64,000 nt of DNA from the human T2T-CHM13v2.0 reference genome, Homo sapiens, in assembly GCF_009914755.1 (NCBI RefSeq), contig NC_060947.1. The stretch is one strand, 5' to 3'. A program made the translations under genes and the position numbers. Positions 13,881-26,057 of this stretch are shown here, piece after piece. The number at the start of each line of letters is the position of its first letter. Position 1 is the stretch's first letter. The notes under the pieces are model-generated. The model had not been told where the DNA came from and did no database searches. It saw nothing but the letters and a program-made list of their open reading frames with translations.

Positions 13881-14470
13881 GTAAACAGGCAACATAATTA
13901 GCACCCCTTACACAGAACAACTCTCAGGAACCTTTTAAAATATTTTAATCAGTATGTTGGTGAAGATTAATAAACAAAAACTTAAGAAAACTTAAACATT
14001 TTCTCTAAAATTGTAAAGCCTTCTTTTAAATTCCCCTTAATTTGATTAAACTGAGTTTTTAAATTATTACTGTTATTTTTGCCTGTCTTCATTTTCCTAA
14101 AAAAGAGAAATTCTTCTACAGCAATAGTTTGTCATTCAGGTAAAATCCACACTACATTGAGGCTTAAATTTCTAATTCCCTACTCTCTAGTCAGACATTG
14201 CATATTATTGTTTGATCTTAGAAAAGAAAAATGAAGTGAGCATTTTAAAAAGCTGAAAAATAATTACAGTAAATTAAGTGAAATCTATAACCATTGGAAC
14301 CAAATATTATGTTACATACACACGAAATCTATCATGCCACTTGGATTTCTAAGGCTGTTTTTCTTTAATTCATTTATTACATCTACTTACCTTATGTTTA
14401 TTGAATGTTTCCTATGACCTAAGCACTCTGACCAACATCAAATGACCTAAATTAAAATTTCAGCTTTACA

Positions 14471-14725
14471 TTACGGTGGGCAGAATGAAACCTCCCAAAG
14501 CTGTTCATATCCCAGTCCCCAGAACATGTGAATGTGTTGCCTCACATGGCAGAAAGGACTTTGCAGATGAGATTAAGTAAGGTTAGGGAATTTGAGACGG
14601 AGAGATTATCCTGGATTATCCAAGTGGGACCAATCTAATAATATGGATCTTTAAAAACAGAGAACCTTTCTCGGCCATGGTGAGAGAGATGTAATTACAG
14701 AATAATGGTCAGAGAAATGCAATGG
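14471..14725 (+). mobile_element. MLT1D-like LTR fragment
   Basis: 'ggactttgcagatgagattaag...gagattatcctggattatcc'. Confidence 0.75.
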
Positions 14726-15299
14726 CTTTCCTTCCACAAACTTCTGTTTAGCTTGGAAGCTTCTGTTCTGGTAAGAGAAGGCATTGCATCTTAATTTATC
14801 TACTTTCACTAAAATTAACTTGCAGAAGAGAAGCCATTGAATCATAATTTATCTTCTTTTAGCTAAACATCTCTCTCTCTTCCTGTCTCTCTTTTTCTCC
14901 TCTCTCTCTCTCTCTCGTGCGTGTGTAAACACTTAAAATGAGATCTATCCTCTTCACAAATTTTTAAGGAATGTGGACAACTTCTAGATACCACAACCTT
15001 AATGGAAACATGAACACTGTATTATTATTGATTACTTTTGATATTAATGTGGTCAGGAATCTATTGCTCGTTGTGTCCTAATTCCCTAAGTCCAAGTATA
15101 ATAAGAGTTAAGCAGAACTGCGATTCAAACAGTGAGTCGACATTTCAAAATTAACTTTGTGACAAAAAAACCTGAAGGTCATCTCTTGAATCCTCTTCTT
15201 CCTCATCAGTGAGCACACGTCCAGTGGTTTCGCTTCTTCAAACTTCTGTCCTTGCTTTTTACATTTCTCTTCTTTAGCGGAAATTGTGTGTGTATTTGT

Positions 15300-15895
15300 G
15301 TTTTGTGTGTGTGTGTGTGTTAAGAATACTTAACATGAGGTCCATCCTCTTAAATTTTCAGGTAAACAATACCTATTGTTAACTATAGGCAGTGTGTTGT
15401 ACAGCAGATCTCTGGAACTTAGTCATCTTGTACAACTGTAACTTTACACCCATTAAAAAACTCCCCACATCTCTATCCTCCCATGTCCTGGTAACCAGTA
15501 TTCTATTGTCTACTACTATACCTTTGACTATTCTAGATGCTTCCTATAAGAGGAATCAGGTGGTATTTGTCCTTTTGTGAGTGACTTATTTCACTTAGCA
15601 AATGTCTTTCAAGTCCATCCTTGTTGCCCATTGACAGAAGAATGAATAAAGAAAACAATTTCTGTCCCTTTTAAGGGCTCACAACACTAAAGAATTTACA
15701 TGAAAGGGCCGTGATTGATTGAGCAATCTAGGGGGCATGTGACAGGGGCTGCATGCATCAGTAATCAGAGTGAAACAGAACAGAACGAGAAGTTTCACAA
15801 TGTCCATACAATGTCTGGAATCTACGGATAACATGGTATAAACATTCAGTGAAATATTATGCAGCCTTTAAAAAGAAGGGAATCCTGCCATTTGG
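15300..15895 (-). mobile_element. L1MA 3' end with inverted 5' segment (15628-15895)
   Basis: Antisense L1 runs to 'aagtccatccttgttg'. The directly adjacent L1 sequence then appears in sense orientation and hosts the LTR fragment. Confidence 0.75.
15655..15834 (-). mobile_element. 180-bp internal fragment of a HERV-E LTR (LTR2B/C-like), inverted
   Basis: Its reverse complement aligns without gaps to 20008-20187 (5 mismatches) and to the 3' LTR (8 mismatches). Confidence 0.97.
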
Positions 15896-16279
15896 CTAAA
15901 ATTCTGCAGGTAAATTTATTTCTGTCTTTCCTGAGCACAAGCCAAAGATAAATAGGATTCTGTTGCAATGAATGAAACTTAGGGTAAATGTTGCAAATAA
16001 CTGTTCAGTTTTGGAAAGGATCACAATAAAAATGGATTACTCTTGATAGACTTGGAAGATATAGATGGTCGATTGAAGTTTGGATAAAGGCACTACCAAA
16101 TACTCAAGCTAGTCTTTTAAATATATAGTTATATCATTACAGGTATGACTGAAGTAAACTGAACTGTGACATGTGGCTAGCACTAATTGCAATGTTTTAT
16201 TGAAATGATAATACAAGGTAATAGGTTCAGGAATATTTGAGATCACATTGACATTTCATTAAATAATTAACCAGTGGGT

Positions 16280-16415
16280 GTCACAGTATAGTGAAGAAAA
16301 CATGGTTCAGGGCCAGAATTTTGGTTCAAATTCCAACAGCATTGGTTAATTGTATTTATAAATCACTTAAACTTTCTGAGACTCAGAGTCTTCATCAGGA
16401 AATGGCTATAATTCT
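16280..16415 (+). mobile_element. MIR fragment
   Basis: 'ggttcaaattcc...aaatcacttaaactttctgagactcag'. Confidence 0.55.
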
Positions 16416-18030
16416 AGATCTCAACAAGATCTTTTGTGTTTTTGTAGATGCAAAAATTAACAAATATAGAAGTAACATGAAAATGGTAATGTATTATATG
16501 CCTCAGATTTTATAGTATTTTTGTATTATTTTCATATTAAAAGCATCCTTACAAAGTAATTACTTTTTATCCCATTTAGTACAGTTGGAAAAGACTCAAA
16601 ATGTAATTGATCACTCACAGTCTCACAGTCTATGAATGTCAGAATTATGCTTTTAACCCAGAAGTTCTTGTTCCAAATTCTGGGCATGCAAACGTTCTTA
16701 CATAAGCCACTGTTTATATTATTGTTTTTGATTTGTTTGTTGAAATCAGGTTAGCAAAGAAAGAAATATGGAAAAGGCATTAAATAGGCTTATTACTAGA
16801 GTTTGATCTCTCTCTTCAAACCAAACAGACTAAAAAATATTTAGGGTCAGTCTTAGGAACCTTGAAAACTTCCAAATATGAGTAGAATTCATATATACAG
16901 ACTCAGCATTGAAATTAACTTAACGTTTCGAAGATTTCATATTCCTATTACTTGCAACTAAATTTGGATGGGGCCAATTTTGAGCCATTCATTCCTAATT
17001 GAAGCAGTTTAATTTTATATGCCTACTTATCAGAAAATACGTTAAGGAAACCCTAGTGGTATGATGAAGTAGAGTGCCTTTCACAGTCTTCTTCAATATC
17101 AATATGCAATCGCATATTGAGGACATTTATGATGACACAGTGTTATCAGACTCTGGAGTCATGTATTAGACTCCAATTAAATGTCAGTGACAAACAAACT
17201 TGGTCTTGAGATAATTAAATGATTTGTATACCAACTATTGAAAATAAATTTAAAAAACCCCTTGTACTTGGCATTTGCACATTGGTGGGTTTTAGGAAAC
17301 CCTTGAGCAATTTGACCTTCTCAAACTGGAAATGTAGAGATGAAAAATGATCCTTATATAAAAATTAGAAACTTAGAAAAAAATCCAGAAGTTAAACTTC
17401 AGGAAAACTGAAAAGTAAACTATTTGGACAACCTTCCATTATTTTAAAAATAATAAATCTAGATTAAGTAAATGAATAATGATCATGCTCCAAATCGGAT
17501 GTTTTAGAAGTATGTAAGTAGCAGATTTAGCAATTGATCTAGATTTTTCCCCACATTAAGAAAACATAATCATCATTTTAACCATTGACAGTTGACTTTT
17601 ACTCCAGCAAAATGAATCAGTAGATCAATAATTAGTCCCTGCTTTTATGACTTGAACATTATTAGGCTTAACTCTGTTGTCTAGGAGACTTTATTCTACA
17701 AAGAACTTGGTTAGGAAGGTTGTAATTGTTGCACTACTCTTCAAATTTGAGATGTTTCCAAAAGGAATGCTTTCTTTTCATTTTAGAAGAACCACAGTGA
17801 AGGAAATGTAACATTTATTTCTTTCAAATGGTAATTCATCCCTTATAGAGGAGGACGTTTTAAAGAGTAAAAATATGTTATTATCTGCATAATAGTTTGC
17901 ATTAGAGTTACCAGGAAGGCATTTTCTTAAAGGTGCAAATCATTCTAATAAGTAAAATGAAGGGTGGTAATAGTGAAAACTGAGAATTTTCTCCCTTACC
18001 CACTGCAAAGTTCCCACCTTGTTAGGCATA

Positions 18031-18136
18031 CCTATCTATCTATCTATCTAGATATAGATATAGATATAGATATAGATATAGATATAGATATATGCACACA
18101 CACACAGAAATATATATGTACATATATATATATATC
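18031..18136. repeat. Compound microsatellite (CTAT)n-(GATATA)n-(CA)n-(TA)n
   Basis: Seen directly. Confidence 0.95.
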
Positions 18137-19815
18137 TGCAGTAGTGGATTATTTACATTTCAGTGAAATCTGATGGCTTTCAGATTTTCTAAGGGCATTA
18201 TACACTACCTATCAAATATTATTAATGTTATTTGTCCTAAAGATAACATTAAAATGTCCTGGAAGCAAACAGAGAATGCAAAATACAGTCCGCTTCTCAC
18301 TTTCTCCCCCTTACAAAACTATTTCAAGCAATTTTTGCATAGCTGAAATTTAATGCTTATCACACATCCATATACAAAAATTCAGAGATGAAATTGAAAT
18401 GGGGTATTTGTCCTACTATGCCGAGAGCTCAGAAATTATTCTTGTTGAATTTCAGTTTTGTCTTTCCAGCAAAAGAGTTAACATTTGTTTAAATGAGATT
18501 TGTATTTTTCTCTCTTCTGTGTGTGTGTGTATGTTGGGCCACGTGGTGAAACACACATTAGGAAAATTACATTTTATGTTCACATAAGTAAAATCATATC
18601 TTGCCATATAGGGAATGTAAAAATTTTGTGAATAAAGAGCTCATAAAATAACACAAATTATGGAGTCGTATCTGAATATGATTGCATCACGTACACTTGG
18701 TTTTATCTGAAGTTGAAATTATGACATAAACAATCTCCTAAATACATATTATATATTTTATTAACATAAAAAACCCTTTTAATAGAACTGCTTTCTACTT
18801 CAGGAGCATGTTTTACACAGCAGGATTCTTTTCTTAGGCTTAAATCTAATCGTTGTTTACTGCAAAGTGTCCATTTCTAAATGTGCTTGAATCATTAAGC
18901 TTCAGCAGTGTTTGCTAGTTCATAAATGAAGGTGATGTATCTGCAATTACTTTTCTTACTGTTGGCAGCAAAATTCCCTGTGACTTCCTGGATTATGTTA
19001 TCATAAAGTTCCGGTGCTGTAAGAGAAACGGACAAGTGGAGGCAAACGGGCTTCATAATATTAAACTAATTGTCATCAGGTGTCAAAGACTGGAGTTATT
19101 TATAGGTACCTTAATTGATTCATAGCTCAGCAAGATTTTATCTTTTTGTTGCTGTTGTTGTTGTTGTTCTGGCTGACAGCAGATAACTGGATTTAAGGTC
19201 CCAGAGTAAAAGTTTAAGATTATGCTAGGAGGTACCAACCTTGGGAAAAATGTCTTAGTATCCTGTAGAGGAGGAGATGGAAATAGAGATTAGAGGCCAA
19301 TAAACTGAAAGAAAAAAGTATGTTAATAATTTCAAAGAAGAAATTGCATTATTTTATGGATCACACTGTGATGCTTATGTGTATGTATCCTGTACAGAGA
19401 ACTACAGAAATACCTCAGGAATATGGCAGGTTCGGTTGCAGATCATATTAATAAAGCAAACGTTACAATAAAGGAAGTCACACACATTTTTTGGTTTTCT
19501 ACTGCATGTAAATGTTATCTTCACACTATACTGTAATCTGTTAGTTGTGCACTCGCATTATGTCTACAAAAAATATATGCACCTTAATTTAAAAATACTT
19601 TATTGCTAAAAAATGCAAACTGTCATCTGAGCTTTCAGCAAGTCATAGTATTTTTTCTGGTAGAGGGTCTTGCCTCGATGTTGACGGCTGCTGACTTATC
19701 AGAGTGGCGGTTGCTGAAAGTTGGGGTGACTGTGGCAATTTCTTAAAATAGCACAACAATGAAGTTTACCTCATCAATTGACTCTTCCTTTCATGAAAGA
19801 TTTCTCTGCTGATAG

Positions 19816-20305
19816 TGAGAGAAGAGAGAGACACCCCCCCCCCCATATTGCTCTATATGGTTTTATACTCAGTACCTGTTTTAAGAAGAAACAAGGAAGC
19901 GAAACCAAAGGCGGGCAGCCCAGCGCCAGGCACCAGACCCAAAACCAGGCCTGGGCCTGCCTGACCTTAGCCTGTTAGTTAAAATTCAACCCATGACCTA
20001 GCAACCGATGTTATCCATAGATTCGAGACATTGTATGCACATTGTGAAACTTCTCGTTCTGTTCTGTTTCACTCTGATTACTGGTGCATGCAGCCCCTGC
20101 CACATGCCCCCTAGATTGCTCAATCAATCACGGCCCTTTCATGTAAATTCTTTAGTGTTGTGAGCCCTTAAAAGGGACAGAAATTGTGCACTCAACAAGC
20201 TCGGATTTTAAGACGCTAGTCTGCCGATGCTTCCAGCTGATTAAAAGCTACTTCCTTCACTATCTTGGTGTCTGTGTGGTTTTGTCCACGGCTAGTCCTG
20301 CTACA
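19816..20305 (+). mobile_element. HERV-E 5' LTR (LTR2B/LTR2C-like, 490 bp)
   Basis: tgagagaag...cctgctaca. TATA-like 'ttaaaa' at 20168 and ATTAAA poly(A) signal at 20240. Confidence 0.96.
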
Positions 20306-20310
20306 TTTCT

Positions 20311-20328
20311 TGGTTCCCTGACCTGGAA
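20311..20328 (+). other. Primer-binding site for tRNA-Glu
   Basis: TGGTTCCCTGACCTGGAA matches the complement of the tRNA-Glu 3' end (TGGTTCCCTGACCGGGAA) at 17/18 positions. Confidence 0.93.
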
Positions 20329-20567
20329 ACGAGGTAACTGACGGACAGCTGAGGCAGCCCCTTAGGCGGCTTAGGTCTGCCCTGTGGAGCATCCCTGTGG
20401 GGGACTCCGGCCTGCCTGAGCGACGCGATCCAAAGAGCGCTCCTGGGTAGGCAATTGCCCCAGTAGAACGCCTCGCCAGAGCAGCGTGTGGCAGGCCCCC
20501 GTGGAGGATCAATGCAGTGGCTGAACACCGGGAAGGAACTGGCACTTGGAGTCCGGACATCTGAAAC

Positions 20568-20576
20568 TTGGTAAGA
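20568..20576 (+). promoter_or_regulatory. Putative HERV-E major splice donor
   Basis: TTG|GTAAGA in the leader upstream of gag, a strong consensus donor. Confidence 0.7.
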
Positions 20577-20839
20577 CTAGTCTTTGAAACTTGCCCACTC
20601 CATTTGAGTGGAAGTGTGGCCTGATCACCCATGGCGTGCCTGTATCGGCACTTTTGTTCTGGTTTTGACTTGACTTGAATTGCTTGATACTTTGGTTTTG
20701 GTTTTGACTTGGCTTGAATTTCTTGGTACCCTGATTTTGGTTTGGTATAAACGATAAAGGTGTGTGTTTGCCCTCTTTACCCATTCTTTGTTTTGTGGTG
20801 AGAGTGTGGTGTGAGCATGATATTTTGTTTTGAGAAAAT

Positions 20840-22453
20840 ATGGGCCGGGGCAAAGTAAGCCCACTCCATTAGGAACTATGTTAAAGAATTTCAAGAAAGT
20901 ATTCAAAGGAGACTATGGAGTCACTGTGACTCCAGGAAAACTAAGAACTTTGTGTGAAATAGATTGGCCAGAATTAGAGGTAGGTTAGCCATCAGAAGGA
21001 AGCCTGGACAGGTCTCTTGTTTCAAAGGTATGGCACAAAGTAATTGGCAAGCCAGGACACCCAGATCAGTTCCCATATATAGATTCCTGGTTACAGATAG
21101 TTTTAGATCCCCTGCAGTGGTTAAAGGGACAGGCAGCAGCAGATAACCGAGCCAGGTCAGGAGATAAAACCGGCTCTAGCAGCAGTACTAGTAGCAAAGG
21201 GACAGTTAGTTAAGGAAGGTTATCGCTCCACCTGCCAAGGGAAGCCAGCCCCTAAATTTCTGTCTGACCTGGAGCCCGAAGACTCATGGCAGGGGATGGC
21301 ACCGACAGTGCCCCCCCTTACCAAGCGGAGAGGCCCCCTACTCCTGAGCCCACAGCCCCTAGACCACCGAGAGTAGACAAGAAAGGAAGCAAAGCTGCAG
21401 GAGAAACTCCTCCCTTGGCGGCCAATTTACGGCCCAAGACTGGAATCCAAATGCCCCCGAGAGAGCAGTGATATACTGGGGTAGATGAGGATGGACACAT
21501 GGTGGAAAGGCGTGCCTTTGTATATCACCCTTTCACCTCTGCTGACCTCTTCAGTTGGAAAACTAATACTCCATCTTACATTGAAAAGCCTCAAGCTCTA
21601 ATTGACTTGCTGCAAACTATTAGACAGACTCATAATCCTACTTGGGCTGATTGCTACCAGCTACTCATGTACTTCTTTAATACAGACGAAAGGCAAAGGG
21701 TGCTCCAGGTGGCAACTAAATGGCTAGAGGAGCACGTCCCAGCCGATTACCAAAATCCCCAGGAATACATAAGAATTCAGCTGCCAGGAACGGATCCTCA
21801 ATAGGATCCAAATGAAGGACCAGATATGGAGAGGTTAAGATGATACTGGAAGGCATTAATTGAAGGGCTGAAAAAAAGGGGCTCAAAAGGCCACCAATAT
21901 AAATAAAGTTTCTGAAGTCATCCAAGGAAAGGAGGAAAGCCCAACCTAATCCTATGGAAGACTGTGTGAAGCCTATTGTATGTACACTCCTTTTGATCTG
22001 GAGAGTCCTGAAAATCAGCGTATGATTAACATGGCCTTAGTTAGTCAAAGCGCGGAAGATATCCGGAGGAAATTGCAAAAACAGACTAGTTTTGCAGGGA
22101 TGAATACCTCACAGTTACTGGAGATAGCAGATCAAGTATTTGTAAATACAGATGCAACAAGCCACTGAGAAAGCCGTAAGGAAGGTGAACGCCAGGCCAG
22201 GCAGAACGCTGATTTGCTGGCTGCAGCAATTAGAGGAATCCCCCCCAAAGGGCAGGGAAAGGGGGGTTCCGGGAGGAATGCCCAGACTAATCGCTCACGT
22301 CTGCAGCATAACCAGTGTGCCTACTGTAAAGATATAGGACATTGGAAAGATAAGTGTCCCCAACTAAAGGAGAAGCAAGATGATGCCGAACAAAAGACCA
22401 CGGATAAAGATGAAGGGACTTTGTTCAATCTGGCCGAAGGGCTACTACACTGA
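20840..22453 (+). pseudogene. gag: HERV-E gag (MA-CA-NC), disrupted
   Basis: MG..QSKPTPLGTMLKNFKK, CA-like YHPFTSADL/HNPTWADC and CCHC knuckle CAYCKDIGHWKDKC. TGA at 22451. Several stops, frameshifts and a 43-bp insertion. Confidence 0.92.
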
Positions 22454-25400
22454 GGGGGACCGGGCTCAAATGCCCCCAAGGAGCCCATGGTCAGGATGAC
22501 AATAGGGGGCAAGGACATTAAGTTTTTGGTCGATACCGGTGCCGAACACTCAGTAGTAACCACCCCGGTGGTCCCCTTATCTAAGAAAACCATTGATATA
22601 ATCCAAGCAACAGGAGTCTCTGCCAAGCAGGTTTTCTGCCTACCGTGGACATGCTCAGTGGGAGGACCTAAAGTGACTCGTCAATTTCTGTATATGCCTG
22701 ACTGCCCCTTGCCTTTGTTAGGGAGAGACTTGCTTCGTAAGCTGAGAGCCACCATTTCCTTTACAAAACAGGACTCTTTACAGCTGAAGTTACCAGGAAC
22801 AGGAGTTATCATGGCCCTTATAGTCCCCCAAGAAGAAGAATAGAGACTTTTTCTAACCGAGCCAGGTCAGGAGATAAAACCGGCTCTAGCTAAGCGATGG
22901 CCCTGAGTATGGGCCGAGGACAATCCTCCAGGGCTGGCGATCAATCAAGCCCCCGTACTCATAGAAGTTAAGCCTGGGGGCCAGCCAATTAGACAAAAGC
23001 AGTATCCGGTTCCCAGAGAAGCTCTTGAAGGAATACAGGTTCATCTTAAACGCTTGAAAGCTTTTGGAATTATAGTTCCTTGCCAGTCTCCATGGAACAC
23101 TCCCTCTTACCTGTCCCCAAGCCAGGGACCAAGGACTATCGACCCGTACAGGACTTACACTTGGTTAACCAAGCTACAGTGACTCTGCACCCAACAGTTC
23201 CTAACCCTTACACACTGTTAGGATTGCTGCCGGCTGAGGACAGCTGGTTCACTTGTCTGGAATTGAAGGATGCCTTCTTTAGCATCAGACTAGCTCTTGA
23301 GAGCCAAAAGCTGTTTGCCTTTCAGTAGGAAGATCCGGGGTCAGGTGTCACTACTCAGTACACTTGGACTTGGCTTCCCCAGGGGTTTAAAAATTCCCCC
23401 ATCATCTTTGGGGAGGCAGGCGTTGGCTCAAGACCTCCAGAAGTTTCCTGCTAAAGACCTAGGCTGTGTCTTGCTCCAGTATGTGGATGATCTTCTGCTA
23501 GGACACTCCATGGCAGACAGGTGTGCAAAAGGGATGGTTGCCCTGCTTCGACATCTGGAGGACTGTAGGTATAAGGTGTCCAAGAAGAAAGCTCAGATCT
23601 GCAGACAGTAGGTACGCTACCTGGGATTCACTATTCGGAAAGGGGAGCGCAGCCTGGGGTCAGAAAGAAAGCAGGTCATCTGCAGCTTACCAGAACCTAA
23701 AACCAAAAGGCAAGTAAGGGAATTTCTAGGAGCTGTGGGGTTTTGCAGATTACGGATTCCAAACTTTGTGGTGCTAGCCAAATCGTTGTACGGAGTTACA
23801 AAGGGGGGCGATCGGGAGCCTTTGGAATGGGGACCTCTGCAAAAGCAAGCCTTTTGCAAGTTAAAGGAGAAACTTATGTCAGCCCCAGCCTTAGGACTAT
23901 CAGACTTGACAAAGCCCTTTACACTCTATGCGTCAGAAAGAGAAAAAATTGCAGTCGGAGTTTTAACCCAAACTGTGGGGCCCTGGCCAAGACCAGTGGC
24001 CTATCTCTCAAAACAGCTAGACGGAGTTTCAAAAGGCTGGCCTCCATGTCTGAGAGCCCTGGCAGCTACAGCCCTGTTAGCACAAGATGCAGACATGATA
24101 ATCCTTGAGCAAAACTTAAGTATAAAGGCACCCCATGCGGTGGTAACTTTAATGAATACCAAAGGACACCATTGGCTAACAAATGCTAGATTAACCAAGT
24201 ACCAAAGCTTGGTATGTGAAAACCCCCGCATAACCATTGAAGTCTGTAACACTCTGAATCCTGCTACCTTACTCCCAGTGTCAGACAGCCCTGTCGAACA
24301 TGACTGTGTGGAAGCGTTGGACTCAGTCTATTCTAGCAGACCCGATCTTCGAGACCAGCCACGGGCATCAGTGGACTGGGAGTTATACATGGACGGGAGC
24401 AGCTTCATCAATCCACAAGGAGAAAGCTGCGCAGGATATGTGGTGGTAACTTTGGATGATATTATTGAAGCCAAACCATTGCCTCAGGGCACTTCAGCCC
24501 AGAAGGCAGAACTCATTGCTTTAACCCGGGCTCTAGAACTCCGTGAAGGTAAGACTGTAAACATTTATACTGACTCTCGATATGCCTTTCTAACCCTTCA
24601 AGTACACGGAGCATTATATAAAGAAAAAGCCCTGTTAAATTCCGGGGGAAAGGACATAAAATATCAACAAGAAATTCTGCAATTATTAGAGGCAGTACGG
24701 AAGCCCCAAAAGGTGGCAGTCATGCATTGCAGGGGACACCAGTGAGCTTCCACCTTGGTAAGCCAAGGAAACTCCCGAGCAGACACAGAGGCACGAAAAG
24801 CAGCATCTACTCCTTACCGGGCATCAGTCACAGCCCCCCTACTCCCTCAAACACCTGATCTGGTCCCTACTTATTCTAAAGAGGAAAAAGACTTTCTTCA
24901 GGCAGAGGGAGGACAAACAATAAAAGAAAGATGCATCAAGTTACCAGATGGGAGAATAGCTGTGCCACAGCTGCTAGGAGCCGCAGTCGTGCTGGCTGTA
25001 CATGAAACTACCCATGTAGGTCAGGAGTCACTTGAAAAGCTGTAAAGCCGGTACTTCTACATCTCACACTTGCCAGCTCTTGCTAAAACAGTAGCACAGC
25101 GATGCGTTACCTGTCGACAGCACAATGCAAAGCAAGGCCCCTCTGTTCCTCCCGGCATACAAAGCCTATGGAGCAGCTCCCTTTGAAGATCTTCAAGTGG
25201 ACTTCACAGAGATGCCCAAATGCAAAGGTAACAAGTATTTACCGGTTCTAGTGTGTACTTACTCTAGGTGAGTAGAGGCTTATCCATCACGAACTGAAAA
25301 AGCTCATGAAGTAACCCGTGTGCTTCTTCGAGATCTCATCCCTAGGTTTGGACTGCCTCAATGGATTGGCTCAGATAATGGGCGGGCATTTGTGGCTGAC

Positions 25401-26050
25401 TTAGTACAGAGGACGGCAAAGGTATTGAGAATCACTTGGAAGCTACGTGCCGCCTACCGACCTCAGAGTTCCGGAAAGGTGGAGCGAATGAATCGGACTA
25501 TCAAAAATAGTTTAAGGAAAGTATGTCAAGAGACAGGATTAAAATGGATACAGGCCCTTCCTATGGTATTGTTTAAAATTAGGTGCACCCCCTCTAAGAA
25601 AACAGGATACTCCTCTTATGAAATATTATATCGTAGGCCTCCTCCTATACTGCGAGGACTTCCAGGTACTCCCCAAGAATTGGGTGAAATTGAATTACAG
25701 CGACAGCTACAGGCCTTAGGGAAAATTACCCAGACAATCTCAACTTGGGTAAATGAGAGGTGCCCCCGGTCAGCTTATTCTCCCCAGTTCACCCTTTTTC
25801 TCCAGGTGACTGTGTGTGGATCAAGGACTGGAACTTAGCTCCCTTACGGCCATGATGGAAGGGACCCCAGACTCTAAACCTGACCACTCCCACAGCTGTG
25901 AAGGTAGAAGGAATTCCGGCCTGGATTCACCACGGCCGCATAAAGCCTGCAGCCACTGGAACCTGGGAGGCCAAACCAAGCCTAGACAATCCGTGCAAAG
26001 TAACCCTGAGGAGGACGACAAGCCCTGCTCCAGTCACACCCGGAAGCTGA
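22454..26050 (+). pseudogene. pol: HERV-E pro-pol (protease, RT, RNase H, integrase), disrupted
   Basis: LVDTGA (DTGA at 22532), YRPVQDL, LPQGF, YVDD (23480), RNase H DGSS/SAQKAEL/YTDSRY, IN HETTH..CVTC, SDNG and SSGKVERMN. Broken into many ORF pieces; the longest is 23735-24745 (336 aa). Confidence 0.95.
25790..25806 (+). promoter_or_regulatory. Putative env splice acceptor
   Basis: Polypyrimidine tract ccctttttctcCAG|G about 250 nt upstream of the env ATG. Confidence 0.6.
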
Positions 26051-26057
26051 CTGGTCT

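Noticed and set aside
20311-20328. tRNA-like sequence
   Set aside because: Only 18 nt complementary to the tRNA-Glu 3' end, so it is a retroviral PBS and not a tRNA gene.
23735-24745. 336-aa ORF as a functional gene
   Set aside because: It is an RT-connection/RNase H fragment of a pol broken by stops and frameshifts on both sides, and it starts at GTG.
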